The notes under the pieces were generated by a model, which did not search any database, was not told the origin of the DNA, and worked only from the letters and a program-made list of their open reading frames with translations. Both the position numbers and the translations under genes were made by a program. Positions 10,203 through 21,958 of a stretch of DNA of 64,000 nucleotides are shown piece after piece (within the stretch, counting starts at the first letter, position 1; the number at the start of each line of letters is the position of its first letter). The stretch is taken from assembly GCA_965644295.1 (NCBI GenBank), contig CBFFRP010000283.1:1-64000 (forward strand). The letters run 5' to 3'. The stretch comes from Paraphysomonas bandaiensis (lineage: Eukaryota; Protista; Chrysophyceae).

Positions 10203-10590
10203 CAAACATAGTCAGCAGATATTCTTCTGCCCACTCATAGCCAAATGCTTGTGTGGTACAAATAAACTAATAAGTGTCACTTGTGTAGACGCCCTGACGA
10301 ATAAACAAGCATCCTGGAATGGGCCCACCTGAAGGATAACCGGGGTATTGGGCTGCCTGCTGAAGTCAAGCATCCGGGCTGTTCACCTTAAGAACTCAGA
10401 GCGGAAGTGGTTGCACCTTGGTGCTTGCGGCGACGCACGAGCAGCTTCCGTAGCGTTAAATAGTAGGATAAAAAAGTGTGTACTGATTAGTTACAGGTAG
10501 TGGTCTAACTAGTTTGTCTAGCATTCATATAGCAACTAAGTTGGTGCAGGCTTTTAATGCCTATTGCTAATAATAAGACTTTCAATATAT
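10114..10590 (+). mobile_element. full-length non-autonomous retroposon (SINE-like) with 12-bp TSD
   Basis: Flanked by AGTAACCCCATT at 10102-10113 and 10591-10602; homologous copies at five other sites in the window; the last ~190 bp match the 3' UTR of the LINE at 21959-22148. Confidence 0.9.
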
Positions 10591-10744
10591 AGTAACCCCA
10601 TTAGAAGTAGTAGTCATCAATATCGCGTGATAATCGAATCCACTACAGTTTAGCTAATAACTATTTCCCTCGCACTCATCCTCTGAGTCATTATCGGTGA
10701 CATCAACATCACCATATTCATTCCAAATTCTTTGAAATATGCTT

Positions 10745-10905
10745 GCATCCGGCCACAACTGTCGATCAGTTTTCAGAAACAACTGTATAATATTAAGTGT
10801 AGTAGGTAGTAGGGTGCATACGTTTGCACAACGCTGATATAATAAGTTTTTTTGCATCGCTGTACTGACTGGAAGTAGATACTACATGACTCCTGCACCT
10901 ATACA
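10745..10905 (-). pseudogene. degenerate hAT-like transposase C-terminal (dimerisation domain) fragment
   Basis: Frameshifted pieces HVVSTSS..KLIISALCKRMHP..TLNIIQLFLKTDRQLWP resemble the hAT C-terminal pattern PTSNxCERLFSxAKLxx..RxxMxPxxxxxLLFLKxNRxLW. Confidence 0.4.
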
Positions 10906-11314
10906 TAGATATTTCTACTTTTAGTTTATTAAGTTTTTGAGCTGACTGATGAAATTTTCCCGTATATCGCCAACATCAGCTCTATCATCCTCTGTATTGT
11001 TGCAATCACTGTCAGAATAATATGGGCTTATATTTTGTGTCCTACAGTTAAGAAGCACTCGGTATACTATGACTATCAAAATATTGATTGCAAATATAAT
11101 ATAATATATCAAAATATAATATTCAGATATTCAGGTATAGTAGTAGTGCGTAGTGTGTGTTTTAGCAAGAATACACTCATACAAATGAACAGTAGTGTGT
11201 GTACAACACTAGTGGAGTAGAAATAATACTTAACAATGCCCATCAATACTACTTATTACTCTGATGGCATCATATGAACAAATTTCACAAGTTTCTTTTG
11301 AACTAAAGGAGTAG

Positions 11315-11673
11315 TGAAGTCTAATTATTATCAATTAGCAATAGGCGTGTAAATGTCAGAACTATTGTAGCAAAAGAGTGTAACTAACTAGTGCTTAACT
11401 CTGATATCCTACTACTATTTAACTCTACGAAAGCTGCTTGTGCGTCTCCTCAAGCACCAAGGTGCAACCATTTTTGCTCTCTGTCCTCAAGGTGAACAGC
11501 CCGGATGCTTGACTTCAGTAGACAGCCCAGCCAATACACCGGATGCCCTTGAGGTGGGCCCATTCCCGGATGTCTGTTTATTCGTTAAGGCCCAAAGACG
11601 TCTACACAGGTGTCACTTATAAGTGTTTCTTGTACCACACAATCATTAGGCTATGAGTGGGCAGAACAGTATC
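11315..11673 (-). mobile_element. 5'-truncated copy of the SINE-like retroposon
   Basis: Reverse complement matches ~10218-10585 (CTGCCCACTCATAGCC, GGGCCCACCTCAAGG, CTGAAGTCAAGCATCCGGGCTGTTCACCTT, TGGTTGCACCTTGGTGCTTG, GCCTATTGCTAA). Confidence 0.9.
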
Positions 11674-11928
11674 ACCGGTATCTATATTAATGTATTATAC
11701 TCTACTATATGCACTATGCACTAGGGATAATACCGTTCGTATTTACATACTCATGACAACCTTAAGATTGTACAGTTTCAATACACTAGCCGAGTGTTCT
11801 ATCGCTGTGCAGGTTAGTTATTATAAACACGACCTTTCAAGCTGAACGTTACTTATAAAGAGAACTTCCAATCATCGTATGAGTATCGATATATGAGAAC
11901 ACAGGGTCGATTCTGATCACATGTATTC

Positions 11929-13650
11929 TTAAGCATCATCAAGAGCAGCTACTCCAGGAAGATCTTTTCCTTCCAACATCTCAAGAGAAGCACCACCACC
12001 TGTGGATATATGGGACATACGACTGGAGAGGTTAGCTTTGTGCACAGCAGCAACTGAATCTCCTCCTCCAATGATAGTAATGCCACCTGCATCAGTTACT
12101 TCCGCTAGAACATTTGCCACTCCAAAGGTTCCTATACACAGAAGTTATATTCGCATGAAAAATACGCAACAGGAGCGCGGAAATTATCACCTTTCGAGAA
12201 CTGGTCAAACTCAAAAACACCCATGGGTCCATTCCACACAACAGTTTTGCATTGTTTCAACTCTTCACCGAACTTATCCAGCGTAGCTGGGCCAATATCA
12301 AGCCCCATCCATCCTTCAGGAATCTCTTTTGCTGATACCGTTTTCGCATTTGCATCGGCTTTGAACTCATCCGCTACGACCACATCCTCTGGGAGAAAGA
12401 ATTTAACGCCTTTCGCTTCTGCCTTCTGCATCAGATCTTTAGCCATAGGAATAAAGTCCTCTTCCACCATGCTGCCACCTATTTTCGACAGCAAGGAAAC
12501 AAATTTAGTGTGATTCGTTCAAAACGCAATGTCATGTCGTACCCACAGAGAGTCCCATCGCCCTGTAGAATGTGAATATCATGCCACCACCAATGAAAAT
12601 CTTATCACACTTCTCAATCAGTGATTCAATCACTGGGATCTTAGTAGACACCTAATTACAGAATTTCAATCAATGTATGCTAGCACGTATACACCAAAAC
12701 AGTACCTTGGCGCCACCAACAATCGCAGCAAATGGTTTAACTGGATTGGAAACAGCGCTCTTCAAAAATTTTAATTCTTTTTCCATCAAGAATCCAGCAA
12801 CCTTGTGCTTCATAAAAGGAGTAACACCTTCAGTTGAAGCATGAGCCCTGTACGCAATCATCACTTCATAACAAAATAAACAAATCAGAAGACATACCGA
12901 TGAGCTGTGCCAAACGCATCGTTGACATATATTGTCGAGTTTTTGGCCAGCATTTTAGCAAATTCAGGGTCATTCTTCTCTTCCCCTTTATAAAATCTGA
13001 CATTCTCAAGCATAACTGCCTCTCCTACACAATAATAGAAATCAGAGATATGTTAATCTGGTTATTTTAACATTACGCAATCACTTCCTACCAGCTCTCA
13101 AGCTTGATGCAGCACTATCAACCTTCTCCCCGACGCAGTCGTCAACAATTTTCACACTCTGACCTGTCGTGGGCATCAGAGTAAAGTAAAAGCGTATACG
13201 GCATCTAACCAATTAATTCACTCAAACGGAAAGCCATTGGAGCCATTCGCATAGCCTCATTTACTTGACCTTTCGGGCGACCACAGTGAGAAGCTAGCAT
13301 TAACTTTGCACCGTGTTTTAGAAGAAAATTAATAGTTGGCAGCGCTTCACGAATTCGTGTGTCGTCAGTGATTGATCCATCTTTCTTGCTATTGGAAAGA
13401 CATGTCAGATATGCATATATATCCATGAATAAAATACAACCTCAACGGGACGTTGAAATCTACACGAAGAAGAACATGAGCGTTCTGCAACACTCCCGGA
13501 TGCTGTTTCGTCAACTGCTCAATAGTTTTCTTGTACGCTACACAGCTTGATGAATGAAACCATCTATTTGTTGTGTGAATAGTTGTAAGAGGTAAGAATA
13601 ATAATATACCTGGGCATCATGTTTCGTTGATTGAAAACTCGTCGGAACAT
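11929..13650 (-). CDS. PGK: phosphoglycerate kinase with N-terminal mitochondrial-type presequence (multi-exon)
   Basis: Motifs [69 protein letters not shown]; spliced N-terminus [26 protein letters not shown]. Confidence 0.95.
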
Positions 13651-14226
13651 TTTCTACTGATAATACCTTCAAAGGGATGAAAAATATCCTTCGTTTATTA
13701 TGAGACTTACCAAGATGCGAAGATAAAGAAGATCTGATAGTAATATATACCACTCTGTTGTGTTTTGTTATCAGCTCAATGTTGAGTTGAGGTTGCATCA
13801 ATATCATGCATGGGCTGTGCTTGCATATACGGCAGCATATGTGGGATACATCTGCGGCAGTGAATCCAAATTCTGTCTCAAAAAATGCTTCCAGAATTTT
13901 GGTCTTTTTTATGACCAGCCGCCTAGTTACGAATTTGAAGATTTTTGTGAAAATGAAAAGTCGACGAAAATATCACTATACAGTATATACGCAGTATTAC
14001 CGTATTTTTTCAACAACTTTGCTGTAGGACTGTGCTCTGTACGACAGTATCAATACATATACATATCGGTATATTCTATGACATGCAGGGGTGTTTAGGA
14101 GTACTCAGTGTGTTGAATTATCATTATTCAGATCACTGAGATAGTCAGAATAATTTATACTAGCCTTTCTGTTGTAATTATTTTATTTTTGCACCTTTTC
14201 TGATACGAGTCGTTATAAGTGATCGC

Positions 14227-17200
14227 ATGACAGCTGTATATCCCTCTCATAATACAGCACTGCAGCTCGCATGCTCCTCAGGTATAATGCGCTGATTCGA
14301 TAGCTTATATTGTGTTTGATACCCTTGTTTAGCTGCAGGAATAATAGTCTTTTTGGATGAACCTGATAACAACTTGAAGGCAATTTAATTCCTACTATTA
14401 ACGCATGTGTAGTTAATATTTCGCAGGTGTCAGCCCTCCAGAAGCTGCACCGTATAGTGGATATCCACTGGGCCGAAGTGTGCGATTCACTTCCGATAAT
14501 TGAAGAGCTTAGCGAGGATGCCGCGTTTCCGGGTGCTGAATTAGCTGCTTCAGTGGCATCCAAATGTTTTTTTCATTTACAAGAGTACAATGACTCACTG
14601 CGTCTTGCTTTGTGCGCGGGAAACTACTTTAATATCCATGAGAAGGGGGAGTACGTAAATACCCTGCTATCAAAATGTATAGATGAGTACATGGAGTTGC
14701 GACTTCGTAAAGAAACAGAAGAAGGGAGTACTGTGTACATTGACCCGCGAATGGAAAACATCGTCGAGCAAATGTTTCAACGGTGCTACCGTGACTCCTG
14801 TTACGAGCAAGCTATGGGGATAGCATTAGACACTCGCCGAATCGATAAAGTAGAGGAGGTGCTTGTAAAAGGTATCGAAGCAGGTCAGGAGGGAATTTTG
14901 CGATATACTTTCAACCTTTGTCAGGGTGCCAGGAATATTCCCTCTAGGGAGTTCCGCCTCTCAGTGATTTCAATCCTGGTCAAGCTTTACTCCACCCTCG
15001 CTGCTCCGGACTACGCAAACGTTTGCTACTGCTTGCAATACCTTGACCGTCCCATTGCTGTAGCTGAGACTCTCGTTACTCTTTGCAAGGGATCTCAAAG
15101 GAATGCACTACAAGCATACCAGGTTGCATTCGACCTGCAGGAAACTGAAAACCAGGGCTTCGTTCTTCGGGTTGTGGATGCTATACAGAAAACATCATCC
15201 CCTTCCCACTCAACTGATCAGAGTGCACAGACTGAGGGAAAAACTGACAATGATGCTATGGAAGTCACCCCACCCTCTGGTTGCGAGCCACCGACAGAGG
15301 GTGAGTATGAAGAGCGAGTAGCGAAGTTGAAGCGCATTCTGGTGGAGGGTTTTGATGTGGACCTCACCCTCAACTTTTTGTTTAAGCAATCCAAATCTGA
15401 CTTAAGTATACTAAAGTCTATTAAAGTTGCAACTGAGGGGCGGACTGCTATCCTTCACAACAGCACAGTCGTTGCCCATGCGTACATGTACTCAGGTACA
15501 ACCATTGACGTATTCCTGCGTGACAACCTGGAGTGGTTAGGAAAGGCGAGCAACTGGTCGAAGTTTACAGCCGTCGCCTCTATTGGTGTGGTGCACAAGG
15601 GTCATGTGCATGAGTCAATGAATCTTCTCCAACCTTATCTCCCACAGGGGGGCATATCCGCGTCACCTTACACTGAATCAGGTGCATTGTATGCCCTCGG
15701 TCTCATCCACGCCAACAAGGGGGGTTCAGGAGACTCACGGACCATATCCTATCTTTCCGATGCATTGAGAAACGCCGGTAACAACGAGGTGGTGCAGCAT
15801 GGTGCTTGCCTTGGAATAGGACTCGCGGCAATGGCCACAGGAAACGATACCATATTTGAAGAGTTGAAAAACACACTTTTCACTGACAATGCTGTTGCTG
15901 GGGAAGGTGCAGCTCTGGCCATTGGGCTGTTGTTGTTGGGTCAGTCAGACTCTGCAGTGGCACAGAATTCCGTTCCTGACCTTCTAAACTATGCACATGA
16001 CACTGAGCACGAGAAAATTATCCGTGGCCTAGCACTGGCAATCGCCATGATGGTGTACGGTAAAGAAGAGAGCGCAGATGTTATCATCGAACAATTAGCA
16101 CGTGACCGTGATCCAATAATTAGGTATGGGGCCATGTACGCCGTGGCAATGGCATATTGCGGAACAGGGGATAACGGGGCTATCAGGAGGTTGCTTCATG
16201 TGGCGGTCAGTGATGTTAACGATGACGTTCGTCGGGCTGCTGTAACCTGCCTCGGTTTTGTTCTCTTTCGCAGGCACGAGACGGTGCCCAAACTTGTTTC
16301 TCTGCTTGCGGAATCCTTCAACCCGCACGTCAGGTATGGAGCCTGCATGGCGGTGGGTATCTCCTGCGTGGGGACTGCATTTAAGGATGCTATTGATCTG
16401 TTACAACCGATGCTCGAGGACCGGGTCGACTACGTGCGACAGGGGGCCTATCTTGCGCTCTCAATGGTACTCATGCAGATCAGTGAGGCCCGTAGCCCAG
16501 CTGTCAAGAAGTTCCGTGACCATATTGCTACTGTCATAAAAGATAAGCATCAGACCGCAATGGCGAAGTCGGGGGCTATAATGGCGAGTGGGATTTTGGA
16601 TGCCGGAGGGAGAAATGTGGTGGTTAGCATGCAGAGTCGTGCCGGTTTTCTGAAAATGGGTGGTGTGGTTGGAATGGTTTTATTTTTACAATACTGGTAC
16701 TGGTACCCTTTGATGCACTTTTTGAGCCTAGCCTTCTCCCCGACGATGATTATAGGTCTCAACAAAGACTTTGACATGCCAAAGAATTTTGGAGTTCTAT
16801 GTTCGGCCCCTCCATCGATGTTCGCTTACCCGAAACACGAAGAAAAAAAAGAAGACAAACGGGAGAAAGTAGTGACCGCTGTTCTCTCCACAACTGCTAA
16901 GTCTCGCGCACGTGAGGCGCGGAAAGAGGCGAGAAAGCTCGGACGCCATTCTTCAAGGGATGGGTCTATAGGCGGTCCAGGAACACCTACTGCGGGTGCT
17001 ATACCTGAGGGAGGAGTCTCCCTAGAAAGAGTTACGTCTCACCTCTCAACTACTTCGTACCTCAGTGTAGAGGTGTGTTTGCCATCTTCTGCTAGTTAAC
17101 TAGATAACTTTTTTCAATTTCATAGGAAAAACACTCTGAAGCAGTCGTGGATGAGCCAAAGAAGAAAGAAAGGGAGCCCTCTTCATTCACTCTCTCGAAT

Positions 17201-17496
17201 CCTGACAGATTGGTACCCACCCAGGTACCCTACATTACTGTGCTGGAGAGTCAGAGGTATGTACCCGTTGACCACCGAATGGTTCACCCCACCGGCATTG
17301 TCATGCTAATGGATTCCGACCCGATAGCACCCGAAGATGTGTTGAAAGGTAAGTGTTAGTATTACTGCAATTTATATTCCATCGTAACTACGACGCCATC
17401 TGTGTAGTGGAACGAATTGCCTTGGGTCAAGAGGGAGAGGAAGATGCAGAGCCACCTGAGCCCTTTAGATGGAGACCAGGAGATGAAGAGGACTAA
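14227..17496 (+). CDS. RPN2: 26S proteasome regulatory subunit RPN2/PSMD1 (5 exons)
   Basis: Spliced N-terminus ..SSAAGIIVFLDEPDNNLKVSALQKL; PC repeats (FLRDNLEWLGKASNWSKF, DVNDDVRRAAV, SFNPHVRYG); C-terminal DAEPPEPFRW; stop TAA 17494-17496. Confidence 0.96.
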
Positions 17497-18040
17497 CCTT
17501 TGCTGTCAGAATGTGTTCTACTGGTAGATTTCCGTTGGTGATAGTTGAGAAAAATATCGGGTATATATGACACGCCTCGTTGCTTTTGTGATGCTTTAAT
17601 CAGAATTGCATGTGTAATAAATCTATTTTGCAATTTCAAGAGATATTCATTCTACCGTACCATTGGTATATGTTTATTTTTTACTGAGCAATTTTGCGGT
17701 ATAATTTTTATGCGTGATGAAATTTTAGGTAGTGTTTTGTGGGCGCTAGATATTCTATGGTACTTGTGGCTAGCACAATAAGTTAGGGTAACTTGTGTAT
17801 GTATCATCACTCATAGTTCTCATCATTATTCTTCATATATAGTTCTCAATATAACTGTTATCAGTTATAACTTTGTCCATTTCAGTTAAATCAATTCATA
17901 TATCAATATATAGAATATAGTGAGTTCATCTTAGCATTGCTATATAATGTCATTGTGCTCACGAACTGTGATTTCAAACTTATGAAATGTACAAGATCAA
18001 GCACATACAACGAGAGATCATGGTATAAAATAACCCAATA

Positions 18041-18490
18041 TTCTGGGGAAAAATACCGGAGATATTTCTCCGGGAAACTAACGTGAGCCGCAAACATAGA
18101 CAGCAGATATTGTTCTGCCCACTCACAGCTGAATGCTTGTGTGGTACAAGGGGCATAATAGTGTCAATTGTGTAGACGTCTTTGGGCCTTGACAAACAGG
18201 AATAGGGGAATGGACCCACCTCAAGGGTAACGGTATTGGGATGCCTGCTGAAGTCAAGCATCCAGGATGTCCACCTTAAGGACTCAAAAAACCGAAGTCA
18301 ACAGATGTCAGGTATATCAACATGCTGCTTGCTCACTGCGTTTGAGTCTTTGATTGATAGAGCGGAGGTGATTGCACCTTGATGCTTGCGGTGACGCATA
18401 ATCAGCTTTTGTAGCGTTAAATAGTAGGATATCAAAGTTAAGCACTGACTCATAAACGCCTACAATGTATTGATAATAAGAAGACATTAA
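18041..18490 (+). mobile_element. copy of the SINE-like retroposon with a ~70-bp insertion and shortened tail
   Basis: TTCTGGGG..CCGGAGATATTTCTCCGGGAAACTAACGTGAGCCGC through GTAGCGTTAAATAGTAGGAT matches the 10114 copy; extra segment ~18287-18358. Confidence 0.88.
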
Positions 18491-19739
18491 CTGCTATTGT
18501 TATCAACTTCATAATATTATATTGTTCAATACTGTCTGCTGTAAATACTGTATTCTTCAAGTAACGGCTATAATTCAAAACCTTAATATACACCTTTTAA
18601 TACTCAAAATTGCTATTCTCAACATAATTAATTTAAAATTATGCTAAACTTTCTCATCGTAATCATTGCAACTTGATACTTTGATTAACTGTGTTTCAAT
18701 TAATTAGTAATAATAATTACAATAATATTTAACTGTCACAACCTTTTAGTTTAAGCTACAGTATTTAGTTTATTAACTTTAAGCACGACTCTTAAATTTT
18801 TACTCGTTTTGTTTCCAGATATGAGTATATATACACTACTAAAGAAACGCTAACTGATGAAATTCTGCTTGTCATACTCCATACATTATTTTATGGTCAA
18901 ATACCTCCATTGAAAACACATATAGCGTTAAAGTTCTTTGCTACATTTTTCAACAAACTACGATATATATGGCATGACTAATTACTTTTATGAGACAACT
19001 ATTTACGATAGTATAAATATTTAACCACGGGAAATAAGGAGGCATGAGTTTTTGAAAACTTAAGATTAGATTGTATAGCTATTAGTAACTTGCTCACTGT
19101 AAGAAGAAATAGATGTTTCCTGATTAACATTAAGAAAGAAAATGAGAAGTCATATTGTTTTAAATCAATGGTATGTACACTGTGTGTAGATCAACTCAAA
19201 CAATAAACCCCCAAATTTATATATATATTAGCTTCAACAAAATGTAATACAATTTGGAGTATTTGATGGTCAGTTTTGAATAGTTGAGCGAGTCTACAAA
19301 TGTGTAATGTGTAATATAATGAAATCACATACAAATGACTGTCAACATTATAATTAAGACAGAAAAGGGCTTCTGTTGAACCGAATATTGAAGTTGAATT
19401 TCTATATTTGCCCGTGCTAATATGAGCGTTCTGTTGATACAAAATCAGGTCAAAGAAAAGCTTTTTTGAGCCAAAATGGGGATAAGATGTTAACGTATTT
19501 TAAAATAATTTTCTTTCCAACTACATTTTGCTATTAATAACTTACTATCTTACTATCACAACATACAGAGCTCAGTTAGAAAGTATTGATTTTCACCGTA
19601 GAAATTGTGCATATTATGTAGTGTGCGAACATATCTCTTGAGTATAACATAACTCTGTAACACAATACCAATCATTTCGTTTATACAAACATTTGTACAC
19701 AAACTCTAAATACAATACGATAAGTGCTAAACTTTATGA

Positions 19740-20558
19740 TCAAGTATCACTACTGCAGGAATCGTCTGACGCAGTACAATTATTTTCGGGTGCAGCAAAG
19801 CAAAAAACAGTCCTTTTCTGGTGTTGAGAATCTGTTTGCACAGAAGGACCAGTCCCATTCGCCCAGAAGGTTAGAGCCATTCGCTCTCTAAAGCAAGGTA
19901 ACACAGCATGATCGACCAATTCGCTGCGAAAGACAACCAGTCTCCCAAATAGCGGATCTATATCGTAGCCATTAACTCCCCAGAAATTGAATGGCGCGCC
20001 AGTATTATCAAGTAGTATACCGGGCTTCGTGAATACCCGCAACCTACCCCCATCCTCTGGTTCCCAATCCTTGTTCAGGTAAAACAAACATGTGAGTTGG
20101 CGGGAGCTAATAACTTCAAGTGAATCCGAATGATCGGACTTAGTGGAGGACGACTTAGGGAAGGCGTCTCTGTGTCGGTTATACCCCTCACCTTTACCCG
20201 GATACACTGCAAATTGTATACTATAATCAGAAGTAAGACCAAGAGTGTCCTTCATAACACTACACTCATTAATTATAGTACGAACAAATCGATCCACAGC
20301 AGAGAGCCTCAGCTCCTGACACAACTCTGGTGTAACCCAGCATAAAGAATCACCACGGATATTCTCATCTCCCCATATCTGATCCCCTTTATTCATTCTT
20401 GCTTGATGTAAGTGTTGTTTTAACAGCTGGACCTCATCCAGTACACTCTCTGCTAAATCGTCAAAAACATTGTCCTTTATGACTACACATGGACTTGTAT
20501 CAGTTGATGATGCGGTAAGAACATCAATATCCTCATTGGAAAACATTTTACCGCTCAT
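19740..20558 (-). CDS. 2OG-Fe(II) oxygenase, EGLN/PHD prolyl-4-hydroxylase-like
   Basis: IRGDSLCW, YPGKGEGYNRHRD (HxD), FYLNKDW..DGGRLR, PLFGRLVVFRSELVDHAVLP (distal His), ERMALTFW (2OG-binding Arg); single exon, first ATG at 20558. Confidence 0.88.
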   Translation of the reverse strand: MSGKMFSNEDIDVLTASSTDTSPCVVIKDNVFDDLAESVLDEVQLLKQHLHQARMNKGDQIWGDENIRGDSLCWVTPELCQELRLSAVDRFVRTIINECSVMKDTLGLTSDYSIQFAVYPGKGEGYNRHRDAFPKSSSTKSDHSDSLEVISSRQLTCLFYLNKDWEPEDGGRLRVFTKPGILLDNTGAPFNFWGVNGYDIDPLFGRLVVFRSELVDHAVLPCFRERMALTFWANGTGPSVQTDSQHQKRTVFCFAAPENNCTASDDSCSSDT

Positions 20559-21133
20559 GACTATATAGCAGTGTCTGTAGACGGCGCTTCTCACTGCATG
20601 TTCTGAACGACATAATCAGCAATCAGTCATATGTCTAGATGTCCAGTATGTGTATCTATCACTATACTACACCAGTACATAGTTATGGGTTTATGGTATA
20701 CTGTTGTATACATATACGGCATACTGGTATACGCACACCTTCATGCCAACACCACAGCACAACAACACTGCTATATACATGTACATATCCCGCTGATATA
20801 TGGACATCATATATTGAGACGGTCTAGTCTACAAGGCAGTAGATACCAAGGCACAGTAAGTTTACTACAGCAAAGCATCATCATAATCTGAAGATTGTGA
20901 AAGCAAGGTTCTAGCTGCTTTGCTATAGTAAATTTACAATGCGTGACCTTCTACTAGCCCACATACATTCCTTACGTAGCATTATTGTTGTGATTTCAAT
21001 GACCTGAAAACAAGATCAGGGAGTAGACATGTGGTAAAGCCGTTACCACACATGGCCTCGGTCATTGACCATACAGGTACTCGGTATGACATAGTGAGCA
21101 AGTAGAGGAGATGGTTTATACTCTGACATTTGT

Positions 21134-21335
21134 GCTGACTTCAGGATTGTTGAGCCCTTCAGGTGAACTCATCCCGTATGCTTGTTTTGTCAAAGCCCAA
21201 AGGAGTTACACATGATATACTTATTTGTGTATCTTGCAATATATAAGCATTTATCTGTGAACATGTGAACTAGTATCTGCTGTGTTAGTTTTCCAAATAG
21301 AATCATTTCCGTACGTACCCCAGAAAACTACGAAT
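21134..21335 (-). mobile_element. old, diverged partial copy of the retroposon head/body
   Basis: Reverse complement retains TTCGTAGTTTTCTGGGG, GGAAAACTAAC, ACAGCAGATA, GGGCTTTGACAAAACAAGCAT, CACCTGAAGGG, CTGAAGTCAGCA. Confidence 0.7.
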
Positions 21336-21744
21336 AGTTATGACTCCCCATTTATACTTGTCTCACACAAATGGTGTTGTCGAGGTTAGCACTTGTCGAG
21401 CATGTAGAAGTAACTGTTAATTTTTCTATTGTAGCATTTCATGTTTAGATATGTTCTAAATTTCTGATAAGTCCTTCAACTTACATTTTCGAATATTTCT
21501 CTGCTTCTTCGTTTTGGTCAATAACGTGCTTGTACTCGTACTTGTATCACTGTATGTCTTCAACGTATAAGTCGAATATATACGTGTACTTTTGGACTTC
21601 TGCAGATCAACTCGTGATGGTTTCCCAGGGACATTGGTTAAGAATAGGTGATTTTTGCTTCTGTATCTTGTTCTTATTATTTATTTTTTGAGAATATATC
21701 TGAAAAACATTTTAATTAGAAGCAAGTTTGTGCGTCTAAATTTA

Positions 21745-21913
21745 GTTCACCTTAAGGACAGTGAGCGAAAGTGGTTGCCTTTGGTGCTTGTGGTGACGCA
21801 CAAGCGCAAATAGTAGGATATCAAACTTGAGCACTAGTTAGTTAAATTGTTTTGCTACATTAGTTCTGACTCTTACACCTTACACGCCTGTTGCTAATAA
21901 TCAGACATTCATT
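21745..21913 (+). mobile_element. 3' fragment of the SINE-like retroposon
   Basis: GTTCACCTTAAGGAC..AAGTGGTTGCC..GGTGCTTGTGGTGACGCACAAGC..AAATAGTAGGATATC..GCCTGTTGCTAATAATCAGACATTCA. Confidence 0.85.
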
Positions 21914-21958
21914 ACTCAGTAACTGAGTAAATTAAGCCGTTTAAAGACTTGAATTATT

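Noticed and set aside
10294-10300. CTGACGA as a hammerhead ribozyme core
   Set aside because: Not conserved in other copies (TTAACGA, TTGACAA) and no suitably placed GAAA or stems.
10114-11673. Composite DNA transposon: two inverted repeats around a transposase remnant
   Set aside because: The left copy has its own TSD and the two tails are different subtypes, so they are independent retro-insertions.
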